A stretch of DNA of 15,135 bases, taken from a virus. Its lineage: Duplodnaviria; Heunggongvirae; Uroviricota; Caudoviricetes. Location: IMG/VR virus record IMGVR_UViG_2721755498_000002; one strand, written 5' to 3'. The stretch's first letter is position 1. Each line of letters opens with the position of its first letter. The notes under the pieces are model-generated. The model was given only the letters and a program-made list of their open reading frames with translations, was not told the DNA's origin and ran no database searches. A program made the position numbers and the translations under genes. Positions 1 through 7,698 of this stretch are shown piece after piece.

Positions 1-996
1 TTAACGAACCAGCCAGACCAGCATCAGGATAATCGCGACTAACAGTATCCACAGCGCGGGACGCGTTGCCATATTTTGCAACGTGTCCATCATCGGTGGA
101 AAAGGATTAAGCAGCGGTTGCATAACACGCGGATCAATCCCTTTAACCCGCCGTTGATAAAGCTGATTAAGAATATCCTCGGCCTGGGCAGAAGAAAGCG
201 ATGATTGCGCAGAAAGACCATATTTTTGCTGGATATATGCCGATAACGCCGCCAGTTCACTGGCATCTAAAGGTTGTTTTAGCGTCATCTGTAGTGATTC
301 CAGCGTCGGCGTATTTTGCTGGCTTAGCGTCTGACGCGCCTGTAGCCAGGTCACCAGATGGTTAAACAGTTTCGCTGGAATTAACTCGCCATCTTTCACC
401 CCGGAAAGTTCCAGCATCGATTGCCAGATCTGTTTGCTGGGTTCCCCCGTTGCCGCCGCAAGTTTGGTCACCAGCTGTTTTAGCGCATTGTGCTCCGCCG
501 GTAATAAAGGACGGTCGGTCGCCTCGCGCTGCTGTGGTTGCGGAATAACCATCTTCCCTTCCTGCAACAGGGTGAGAATGGTTTTTAATTGCTCCGGTGA
601 GAGCTGATTCAGCGGCGTCTGACCAAAGTTATGACGGATATAATCCGTGACCGCCTGACGATTATTCCCCAGACGTAAATACTCCCCTAATTGCGCTAAA
701 AGCTGGCGGGCAGAATGGCTTTTTTGCGCGGCCAGCAGACGTTGCGCCAGATTATGCTCAGCGGCAGGGAAGTGACGCGAAAGCAGCGGTGAATCTCCCG
801 ACAGACCAATATCGTGCCTGATACCCGCCCACAGTTCTGCTCTTTGCTGTTGCGTCAGTGAGGTCACTTTCGTCATTAAGCTTTCCAGCGAAGTACGTTG
901 CTGACTGGATAAAGGCTGATTGCCCGTGCCAGACGGCAGATTATCTCCCTGACCTGGTGGTTGCCCAGGAGGAGGGCCGGAAATAGGTTGTATCAT
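1..996 (-). CDS. hypothetical protein: Pro/Gln-rich N-terminus (PPPGQPPGQG), Gln/Leu-rich middle, C-terminal hydrophobic tail anchor (ALWILLVAIILMLVWLV)
   Basis: 331-codon ORF whose stop codon is the first 3 nt of the window (TTA on + = TAA on -). GC-rich, host-like composition. No family recognised from memory. Confidence 0.6.
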   Translation of the reverse strand: MIQPISGPPPGQPPGQGDNLPSGTGNQPLSSQQRTSLESLMTKVTSLTQQQRAELWAGIRHDIGLSGDSPLLSRHFPAAEHNLAQRLLAAQKSHSARQLLAQLGEYLRLGNNRQAVTDYIRHNFGQTPLNQLSPEQLKTILTLLQEGKMVIPQPQQREATDRPLLPAEHNALKQLVTKLAAATGEPSKQIWQSMLELSGVKDGELIPAKLFNHLVTWLQARQTLSQQNTPTLESLQMTLKQPLDASELAALSAYIQQKYGLSAQSSLSSAQAEDILNQLYQRRVKGIDPRVMQPLLNPFPPMMDTLQNMATRPALWILLVAIILMLVWLVR

Positions 997-1192
997 TACG
1001 TATCCTTATACCTGAAATCTTCGCAAGTATGCCTGGCCGCGAGATTATGGCACACTTGTCCGGTTAACTCTCGTCTCATACAGGTAACACAAACGTGAAA
1101 ATCCTTGTTGATGAAAAAAATGATGATTTAATTTATTGATATAAAAGGATTTATATCAGCACGTGTCCACGTAGTGACCACATTTTCGAGTT

Positions 1193-1236
1193 ACAGATAA
1201 CACAAAGCCCGTTTTCACGGGCTTTGTGTTATCTGT
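1193..1236. terminator. perfect 19-bp inverted repeat (ACAGATAACACAAAGCCCG / CGGGCTTTGTGTTATCTGT) with a 4-6 nt loop; possible bidirectional terminator or protein-binding palindrome
   Basis: Arms at 1193-1211 and 1218-1236 are exact reverse complements. Lies just downstream of the - strand cassette ending at 1264. No strong U-tract on either strand, so terminator function is uncertain. Confidence 0.35.
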
Positions 1237-1263
1237 GATTGTGGCTAAGCCACATGATTTATG

Positions 1264-2156
1264 CTATTTCCAGTTACAAGCAGCTTGAAGTGGTTTTAGC
1301 GCGTTTGACAGGCCGTTTAAATTGAAAGTTGCACTTACAGGGCTCTCATTATAAGGAGTTATTTTTGTATACATTTTGTTTGAGTTGGCTAGTTTTCGGA
1401 TGAAATCAATGTCATTACCTTTATAAAAAACAGCCTTTGTATCTGTAGATACTAGCCAGTTTCGCTCAACTGCTTTCTGTTTATCAAGACGATAAAGCAT
1501 GCTGGTTTGTTCAAGGCCTAAATATACATCCCAACTAAGAAATACTTCGGTTTTCTTTTCTCGGCAAGCTATAAACAGAGTGGGAGTAACCGCTTCTCCA
1601 AATGGAGTTCTGATATAATCATCACTTTCTAACGATAAAATTACATTTTTCGAATCATCAATTGGCGATGTAGTAATGGATGTGTGCCATTTTCCTACAT
1701 CTGTGGCTTTCTCTAATTTTGATTCAGCTTGAACAGCTTTATCCTGTGGGAATAGTTTATCGTAGCAGTTTAGTCTGGCTTCTTTATCATTTTCTGCTCG
1801 GCATTTAGATATCTCAGAAAGATTTGGTTGCTGAGCCTCTGTTGTTACTGGCTTTTCCGTTTTAGATTTTGAGTTTACAGATGGAGTAAATGTTGGAGAA
1901 AAAAACGATCATAACAAGATAAACGTCTGTCATCATCTTTCTCATCAGGGCATTGATCTCTGCTTTCGAATTTTTCAGCAACTTTCGTTCGAGTCGGTTG
2001 TATTGACTTATCGTAACAAGAAAGTCTGTCTTTATTATTTTCTATTGCTCGGCACTGGAGTACTGCATTGAAGTTATTATGTTCAGTTGCTGCGTGAACA
2101 GGCAGTACACTAATTGATATAAATGATGCACCTATAGAAAAAATTATATTTTTCAT
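1264..2156 (-). pseudogene. secreted Cys-repeat protein gene split by a frameshift in an A7/T7 homopolymer (ORFs 1875..2156 and 1264..1908)
   Basis: The 93-aa ORF starts with a signal-peptide-like MKNIIFSIGASFISISVLPVHA. Its frame stops at 1875-1877, while a second frame is open from 1908 down to 1264 with no start codon until 1500. The two frames overlap across the A7 run at 1899-1905; one extra base would fuse them into about 297 aa. The motif RL[SN]CYD[KR] occurs three times across both halves, which supports a single original gene. Confidence 0.5.
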
Positions 2157-2160
2157 TTTG

Positions 2161-2493
2161 TTATCCTTTTGGTTTAGTAAGAAATACTAAAATTCCGATA
2201 ATGATATCGCCAATAACCCATAAACTTCCAATGGTAATTAAACCTAAGCCTGTACCAATAACTGCACCGGCTTTTTCGGCATCGGATGTAGCATTATTTA
2301 TTATTTCACTAGTGCCTCCCAGTCCAACTAAAAGCGTATAGATCATAAAAATATTAAATAATATAAATATCCACTTAATGAGCTTTCCAAAAAATGAACG
2401 CTTAAGTTTTTTTATTTGTTTACCGCAAGCAGGGCAATACAATGCTGAATCGCTCACCTCTTTCTGGCATTCAGGACATTTGATTAATGCCAT
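2161..2493 (-). CDS. zinc-ribbon domain membrane protein (N-terminal CPEC-x13-CPAC, then two hydrophobic glycine-rich helices)
   Basis: 110-aa ORF with a strong RBS (AAGGAGG) upstream of the ATG at 2493. Stop is 4 nt from the start of the downstream signal-peptide ORF, suggesting an operon. AT-rich. Confidence 0.6.
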   Translation of the reverse strand: MALIKCPECQKEVSDSALYCPACGKQIKKLKRSFFGKLIKWIFILFNIFMIYTLLVGLGGTSEIINNATSDAEKAGAVIGTGLGLITIGSLWVIGDIIIGILVFLTKPKG

Positions 2494-2753
2494 GTAATCC
2501 GCCTCCTTTGGATCAATACGAGTTGATATTTGTTACAAAACATTTTGATTTTATCAGATTTTTTTTATTGATAAGTGTCAATTGATTAGCTGGTATAGAG
2601 TGAGACATATAGAAGGGCAGATCTGTATCAGTAGTGATGCAAAAATCCCACAGTTTCATGGAATTTTTGCATTTAGAGCCGTGAGATAGGGTGCCTTATC
2701 GACCTTACCCTGGCAACCGATTGACGGGGGATTACTCCCCCGTCGCGGTTTCC

Positions 2754-2894
2754 TTACTGCTTACACTGTAAGAACGCCGCAAACTCCGCTCCCCAGAAAC
2801 TCATCCGTATTTCGCACAGCGAACCGTGCAACATCCAGATGATGAGGATTACCGTCACGCAGAACGTGATGGCTGTAAGCGATTTTTGCGACAT
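2754..2894 (-). CDS. hok: Hok/Gef-family type I toxin (46 aa: MSQKSLTAITFCVTVILIIWMLHGSLCEIRMSFWGAEFAAFLQCKQ)
   Basis: Hand translation of the - strand. Single N-terminal transmembrane helix followed by the SLCE[IL] and E[LFV]AAF[LM] motifs typical of Hok proteins (compare HokA ...WMIRDSLCELHIKQESYELAAFLACK... as recalled). AAGGAG RBS 8 nt upstream. GC-rich hairpin (2723-2744) just downstream. Not in the ORF track because it is under 60 aa. Confidence 0.7.
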   Translation of the reverse strand: MSQKSLTAITFCVTVILIIWMLHGSLCEIRMSFWGAEFAAFLQCKQ

Positions 2895-3084
2895 AGCACT
2901 TGCTCCTTTTCCGGAGAGGCGCTAACCTTTCACTTGCTTAGGGTAGACGGTTAGGGCCTCGGTTAAACAAAAGTGTTTTCCGGGGCCTTTCCACATCTGG
3001 CCTTCGGGTATTCCCTCCGACCATCAGCCGAAAGGCACCCGCGCGTAATCTATCGCTTTTTTGTTACTCCGGCAATTCTGCTTG

Positions 3085-3345
3085 TTAATTCTGAGGTAAA
3101 GGCAAACTCATCTGATTGTTTCCCCTGTGTGAAGCTGGTAGCACATGCCACGGGATACCTTCTGAAGAGTGAACGCCGGAGGCGTGTTTCGATGTGAATT
3201 TATGGAAAGCTTCCAGTGTTGAGAAGCATACGCCGCATTCCAGATTGTTACACTGGTAATACTTTTGCCGCACGGTGTTTGAATCATTTTCCGGACGACT
3301 TGTGCGGATACGGGCAGATGCGCCACAAAGCGGACAACGGAACAT
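3085..3345 (-). CDS. ogr: Ogr/Delta-family zinc-finger late transcription activator
   Basis: N-terminus MFRCPLCGASARIRTSR...YYQCNNLECGVCF matches the C-x2-C-x22-C-x4-C Ogr zinc finger (P2 Ogr begins MFHCPLCQHAAHARTSR as recalled). AGGGAGG RBS 5 nt upstream of the ATG. Confidence 0.85.
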   Translation of the reverse strand: MFRCPLCGASARIRTSRPENDSNTVRQKYYQCNNLECGVCFSTLEAFHKFTSKHASGVHSSEGIPWHVLPASHRGNNQMSLPLPQN

Positions 3346-3428
3346 AGCGACCTCCCTTAACGTGGTGTTGCCGCTATTCTAGATTGTACGATCCCTAATT
3401 CCAACTAACAGCTCGCTCTGTGCGAAGA

Positions 3429-3501
3429 GTGAAAATTGAACTTTCAATAGTTGTTGAACTTCCATACATCCAATGTGAAAATTCATACGTTCATAATAGT
3501 T
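3429..3501 (+). repeat. two direct repeats (GTGAAAATT...TTCA(A/T)TAGTT) 46 bp apart in the upstream region of the 3537 ORF; possible operator or promoter elements
   Basis: Exact 9-mer GTGAAAATT at 3429-3437 and 3475-3483, each followed by a similar TTCAATAGTT / TTCATAATAGTT segment. The region is AT-rich, so chance cannot be excluded. Confidence 0.3.
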
Positions 3502-3536
3502 AAAATTTAAAATATTGTATATCAGGTGAATAAAGC

Positions 3537-4559
3537 ATGGGAAGAGATATAACGCTGTACCCTAAAAAAGCAACTAGAAACGAACTTAAAAATTACCTTG
3601 AAAATTTAGGTTTTAAAAGGTGTAAACATTTGTGGGAATGGCCCCAAGGAACGTTGAATTACTCTTGGTTTGATGATACGGACTTCAAATCTACAGATGG
3701 AGTTTCGGCTGATATATATCCTGTTTCAAATGACGAATTACACATATCTGGTAATAAATGGGCATTGCATGTGCGTAATTTATATAGCGCTAGTTGGCAT
3801 GATGTAAAAATGCTTAATGATGTTCTAAAAGGCGCAAGGAGTCTTTTTGGTGGAACACTTATAGGTGATTATGGGAAAAATAGGTACGCTCCTCTATGGA
3901 AGGATTCTAGTAGTCCGATCAGTCGTGGCATTTCTTCAATATTTAATCATGTCCATCATGAGATTTCCGCTGTTAAACATGCCTTACCTGAACCTTCTAT
4001 TAAATTAAACCTACCGGAAGATGGCGGTTTATCCGAATACTTTGATTACATGCAATGTATGGATCCCAGTAGAGTTATATATAATGGATTAGTACCTTTT
4101 GCGGTTGCTATGTTTGAATACTTTTTCTCTAGAGCTTTTCAAATACTTATAAAGTACGATCCTTTCGCAATAGCAAAAAGAACATCGTATAAGCAAAAAG
4201 TTGATTTTGATATTCTGCTTGAGATAGAGAAAGGAAATATTTCAATAGAAAGTGTTATTGCAAGAAATTACACTTTTCAAAACTTAACCCACCTAAACAA
4301 AGCATATAAAGAGTGGCTGGATATAGATGTGAGAGCGATTCTTTATAAGAAAAAAAGAATTGGAAAATCAGTTGATTTTCTTGAGAATCGAATTTCTGAA
4401 ATCATACAATATAGACATGGGATAGTTCATCACTTTGAGTTGGATAGGACCTTAAATCGGGATGGATATATTCATATATTAGATGCGATAGAAAAAAGCA
4501 TAATTGAATTTATCCATTACATAGAAGGCAAATACAAATTTAAATTAAATGCGTATTAA
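3537..4559 (+). CDS. hypothetical 340-aa protein; AT-rich cargo gene with a C-terminal HEPN-like R-x4-H motif (YRHGIVHH, residues 292-299); candidate abortive-infection or defence protein
   Basis: Long uninterrupted ORF with strongly AT-biased codon usage, unlike the flanking phage genes. Sits between ogr and D on the opposite strand. Lys/Ile/Asn/Tyr-rich composition. No family recognised by eye. Confidence 0.7.
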   Translation: MGRDITLYPKKATRNELKNYLENLGFKRCKHLWEWPQGTLNYSWFDDTDFKSTDGVSADIYPVSNDELHISGNKWALHVRNLYSASWHDVKMLNDVLKGARSLFGGTLIGDYGKNRYAPLWKDSSSPISRGISSIFNHVHHEISAVKHALPEPSIKLNLPEDGGLSEYFDYMQCMDPSRVIYNGLVPFAVAMFEYFFSRAFQILIKYDPFAIAKRTSYKQKVDFDILLEIEKGNISIESVIARNYTFQNLTHLNKAYKEWLDIDVRAILYKKKRIGKSVDFLENRISEIIQYRHGIVHHFELDRTLNRDGYIHILDAIEKSIIEFIHYIEGKYKFKLNAY

Positions 4560-4587
4560 GCAATCAACCTTACATAGGGATGACAAA

Positions 4588-4625
4588 GTCCGCTTCTGAC
4601 ACGGAGCGGACCGTCGTTTATGTTT
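4588..4625 (+). terminator. candidate intrinsic terminator (GTCCGCT-loop-AGCGGAC followed by a T-rich stretch) downstream of the 340-aa ORF
   Basis: 7-bp stem at 4588-4594 / 4605-4611 with a 10-nt loop, followed by CGTCGTTTATGTTTAATT. Located between convergent genes. Confidence 0.35.
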
Positions 4626-4679
4626 AATTCTATACTGTAAACTTGCCAGTTTAAGTTTGAGCTAATATGTCTAAGTTGC

Positions 4680-5789
4680 TCACTCTGTTTCTGCTATCCA
4701 TTCCGGGATTTTTGCCTCAAGCTCAAGCTGTGTGGTAAAGCCGCTGTTATCAATGGTGTGCTCGGCTTTCGCAATAATCCAGTCCTGATTATCAATCTCG
4801 CTTTTAAATCCTGTTACCGTGCCATGCATTTCGGGGTAGAGTTCTGCACGTCCACGCACCAGCGTGATGGAAAATAATGCGGCTCCGCGTTGTAGCTGCT
4901 GCCACTTTGCCGCCGCTGCGCGTCTTGCTGCCTGCTCGTTCTGATAAGTCTTGCGTAACACAAACACATTGCCTTCCGCGCCTTCCATATAATCACCTTC
5001 ACGGCTGCTGCTTTTCTCCTTTTTGGGTTTTGGCGGTTTGCGGCGTTTCACGCTGACTTTTTTCTTTTTCCCGTAATTAAGATCAAGCCAGTAAGCGCGT
5101 ACCCCCGTATACGCCTCGCGGTCAGCAATGCGGAACTGATGGCGATCGCCGCTGCTGCGTGTGATGGCGAACGATGGCAACGGCTGGCCCTGTGCGTTCA
5201 CGCCACCGCCGGGCATGATGAATAACAGATTACCGCTTTTTACCGTGGTGATTGCGCCCAGCATTTCCGCCATGCGCGTAAGGAAGGACATGTCGCTTTC
5301 TTCAGTCTGGTCGGCGTGGTCGATTTCGATATCCATCAGCATTTCGCTGATTTGCGGTTTCAGGCTGTACCGATGAGCGATGGCGGATACCACACGTTCA
5401 ACGTTCACATCATGCCAGGACGCCTCACGTTTAACATTAAATTCATCCCGAAAATCTGCGCTTCTGGCTGAAACAGTCAGCCTGTCCGGCGGTCCTTCGT
5501 GAGCGATTTCATCAACAATGTAAGTGCCTTTTTCTGTCAGCGGTTCCCCTTTCCAGCCAATGAGAACCGTCAGACGCGCGCCCCGTGGCGGTAGCTGCAA
5601 CTGGCCATCGGCATCATCCAGCGTGATGGTGAGCTGGTCCGCCTCAAATCCCCGGTTGTCGGTCAGTGACAGGCTCATCAGGCGTTCTGCCACGCCGGAC
5701 AGCGTTTTACCCTCGGCGAGAATATCAAAATCCGGCATTTTCACGGGGTCTGTGCCCTGACTGAGCAATTGCATGGTGGTGTCGGTCAT
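4680..5789 (-). CDS. D: P2 gpD-like tail protein (late control gene D family)
   Basis: The 413-aa ORF is trimmed here to the ATG at 5789-5787 (MTDTTMQLL...), which has a GGGAGGG RBS. Size of about 370 aa, the C-terminal GFKSEIDNQDWIIAKAEHTIDNSGFTTQLELE region, and the context next to a P2-like tail module fit gpD. Assignment is from memory of the family, not alignment. Confidence 0.75.
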   Translation of the reverse strand: MTDTTMQLLSQGTDPVKMPDFDILAEGKTLSGVAERLMSLSLTDNRGFEADQLTITLDDADGQLQLPPRGARLTVLIGWKGEPLTEKGTYIVDEIAHEGPPDRLTVSARSADFRDEFNVKREASWHDVNVERVVSAIAHRYSLKPQISEMLMDIEIDHADQTEESDMSFLTRMAEMLGAITTVKSGNLLFIMPGGGVNAQGQPLPSFAITRSSGDRHQFRIADREAYTGVRAYWLDLNYGKKKKVSVKRRKPPKPKKEKSSSREGDYMEGAEGNVFVLRKTYQNEQAARRAAAAKWQQLQRGAALFSITLVRGRAELYPEMHGTVTGFKSEIDNQDWIIAKAEHTIDNSGFTTQLELEAKIPEWIAETE

Positions 5790-5946
5790 CTGTTCCCTCC
5801 CTGTGCGGCATGGTCGCATGTGCGTGCGGAGGGGGTTACTGCTTTTTGTTGTCGCCGTGGCGGGAGAATAGCGCAGGGGTGAGATTACGCGCGTGGTGGG
5901 TGATGATTGTTGCTGAATCATTTAACGGATACAAGGGGCTGAAGCT

Positions 5947-7131
5947 ATGAGTGAAACTCGTTTTCATGGTGCCCGTGTTACGGAAAATACCGACCTGGTA
6001 ACAGCGATTAACGATGTTGATTCCAGCGTTATCGGTATCGTGGCAACGGCGGATGATGCGGACGCGAAGCTGTTCCCGCTGAACAAGCCCACATTGCTGA
6101 CCCGCGTCAATGACGTGCTGGGAAAATGCGGAACAACGGGGACGCTTTATCGTGCGCTTAAGGCCATCGCAGACCAGGTGAGCACAAAGGTGATCGTCGT
6201 TCGCGTGGCTGAACACAAAGAAGAAGACGGAAAGACGCAGGATCAACTGGTTATCGGTGGTTCTGAGGATGACGGCAGCTATACGGGGATGTATGCGCTG
6301 CTTGTTGCAGAGCAGGATGAAAGCATCGGATACCGTCCGCGTATTCTGGCCGCGCCAGAGCTGGACACGGAGGCTGTAACAAAATCCCTGTGCGTGATTG
6401 CAGGTAAACTGCGCGCGTTTGTGTATGCCTCATGTCACGGCTGTAACACGATGGCTGAGGCGATTACCTATCGCCAGAAATTCAACGAACGTGAGGTGAT
6501 GCTCTTATGGCCGGACTTCATCGCCTACAACCCGAAAAGTGGCAAAAACGAAACGTTCTCCGCGCCTGCCTATGCGTGCGGCCTTCGTGCGTACATTGAC
6601 CATGAGCAGGGGTGGCACAAATCACTGTCCAACGTTCCGGTTAAAAATGTGCTGGGGATGTCGAGGCATGTGTTCTGGTCGTTGCAGGCCGAAGACAGCG
6701 ATGCCAACAGCCTCAACAACAAAGAAATCACGACCATTATTCGTCGCAACGGGTTCCGCTTCTGGGGCAACCGCACACCGGAAACGAACGCCTACATCTT
6801 TGAGGTGTATACCCGAACCGCACAGGTGCTGGCTGATTCAATTGCGGAAGCGCAGTTTGAAACCATCGACAGTCCACTGACGCCTGCGAACGTGAAGGAT
6901 GTTATCAGTGCCATCAGGGCAAAACTGGATTCGCTGGTTACTGCCGGGAAACTGATTGGCGCGGAGTGCTGGTATGACGTGGTGGATAACGGCACCACGG
7001 ATTTACGTCAGGGGCGTGTGCGTATTCGCTACAAATATACGCCCGTTCCGCCACTGGAAGACATGGAGCTTTACCAGACGTTTACTGATGAATTCTTTGG
7101 TCCCGCATTTGCGGTGCTGGGAGGTGCCTGA
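5947..7131 (+). CDS. FI: contractile tail sheath protein (P2 gpFI family)
   Basis: 394 aa. Motifs DADA..FPLNKP, KLRAF, QGWHK, IRRNGFRFWGNRT, YTRTAQV and YTPVPPLE match the P2 FI sheath as recalled. Stop overlaps the FII start (ATGA). Confidence 0.9.
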   Translation: MSETRFHGARVTENTDLVTAINDVDSSVIGIVATADDADAKLFPLNKPTLLTRVNDVLGKCGTTGTLYRALKAIADQVSTKVIVVRVAEHKEEDGKTQDQLVIGGSEDDGSYTGMYALLVAEQDESIGYRPRILAAPELDTEAVTKSLCVIAGKLRAFVYASCHGCNTMAEAITYRQKFNEREVMLLWPDFIAYNPKSGKNETFSAPAYACGLRAYIDHEQGWHKSLSNVPVKNVLGMSRHVFWSLQAEDSDANSLNNKEITTIIRRNGFRFWGNRTPETNAYIFEVYTRTAQVLADSIAEAQFETIDSPLTPANVKDVISAIRAKLDSLVTAGKLIGAECWYDVVDNGTTDLRQGRVRIRYKYTPVPPLEDMELYQTFTDEFFGPAFAVLGGA

Positions 7132-7643
7132 TGGCTGTACCAAAACATCTTCGCTTTTTTACGTTGTTTGTGGATGGTGAAAACGAAGTGGGTAAAGTGA
7201 CATCCGTCACGCCGCCCAAACTGACGCGCAAAACCGACAGCTATCGTGGTGGTGGCATGATGGGGGCGGTAAGTATTGATCTCGGTCTGGACGACTCCGC
7301 GCTTGATGCGAGTTTTGTTATGGGGGGAGCTGTTCGTGCGCTGTTCCTTAAATATGGCGGCACGATTGACGGCACGCTGCTGCGTTTTGCGGGTGAATAC
7401 TACACCGATGCAGAAAGCGATCTGTATGAAATCGAGATGCGCGGACGTGTGACGGAAATTGATATGGGGGAAGCCAAACAGGGCGAAGCCACATCACACA
7501 CTTACGCTGTCAAAAACACCTACTACAAGCTGAGCGTTAACGATCGCCCGCTGTGGGAAATCGACCTGTTGAACCACATCTACCGGAAGGACGGCAAGGA
7601 CATTGTGCCTGACCGTATCCGTTCCGCGCTTGGGCTTGGCTGA
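7131..7643 (+). CDS. FII: tail tube protein (P2 gpFII family)
   Basis: 170 aa, immediately after the sheath gene with a translationally coupled start. Size and position are typical of FII. Confidence 0.85.
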   Translation: MAVPKHLRFFTLFVDGENEVGKVTSVTPPKLTRKTDSYRGGGMMGAVSIDLGLDDSALDASFVMGGAVRALFLKYGGTIDGTLLRFAGEYYTDAESDLYEIEMRGRVTEIDMGEAKQGEATSHTYAVKNTYYKLSVNDRPLWEIDLLNHIYRKDGKDIVPDRIRSALGLG

Positions 7644-7698
7644 TAAGTAATATGCAGGCGGCGCAGTGCGTCGCCTCTGACTGAAAAGGAGACAACTG

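Noticed and set aside
2973-3197. 74-aa + strand ORF
   Set aside because: It overlaps the ogr 3' end and the hok leader on the opposite strand and has no RBS or recognisable product. The region more plausibly encodes the hok mRNA 5' end and a sok-like antisense RNA than a protein.
3108-3326. 72-aa - strand ORF in an alternative frame inside ogr
   Set aside because: Entirely nested in the ogr coding region in another frame; ogr has the conserved zinc-finger motif and RBS.
4680-5921. Full 413-aa extent of the gpD ORF, with start at 5921
   Set aside because: The first ~44 codons are Pro/Ser/Thr/Arg-rich with no RBS. The in-frame ATG at 5789 has a GGGAGGG RBS and gives a D protein of typical size, so the upstream extension is treated as non-coding.
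5790-5946. P2 late-promoter dyad (TGT-N12-ACA) upstream of FI
   Set aside because: I scanned the D-FI intergenic region by eye and found several TGT triplets but no TGT-N12-ACA with correct spacing (the only ACA is at 5931-5933). No late promoter is called; the element may be diverged or absent after rearrangement.
7654-7678. GC-rich stem-loop (GGCGGCGC-AGT-GCGTCGCC) between FII and E
   Set aside because: 8-bp stem with a G-U pair and a tight 3-nt loop but no downstream U-tract. It could attenuate transcription between tube and chaperone genes, but evidence is too weak to annotate.
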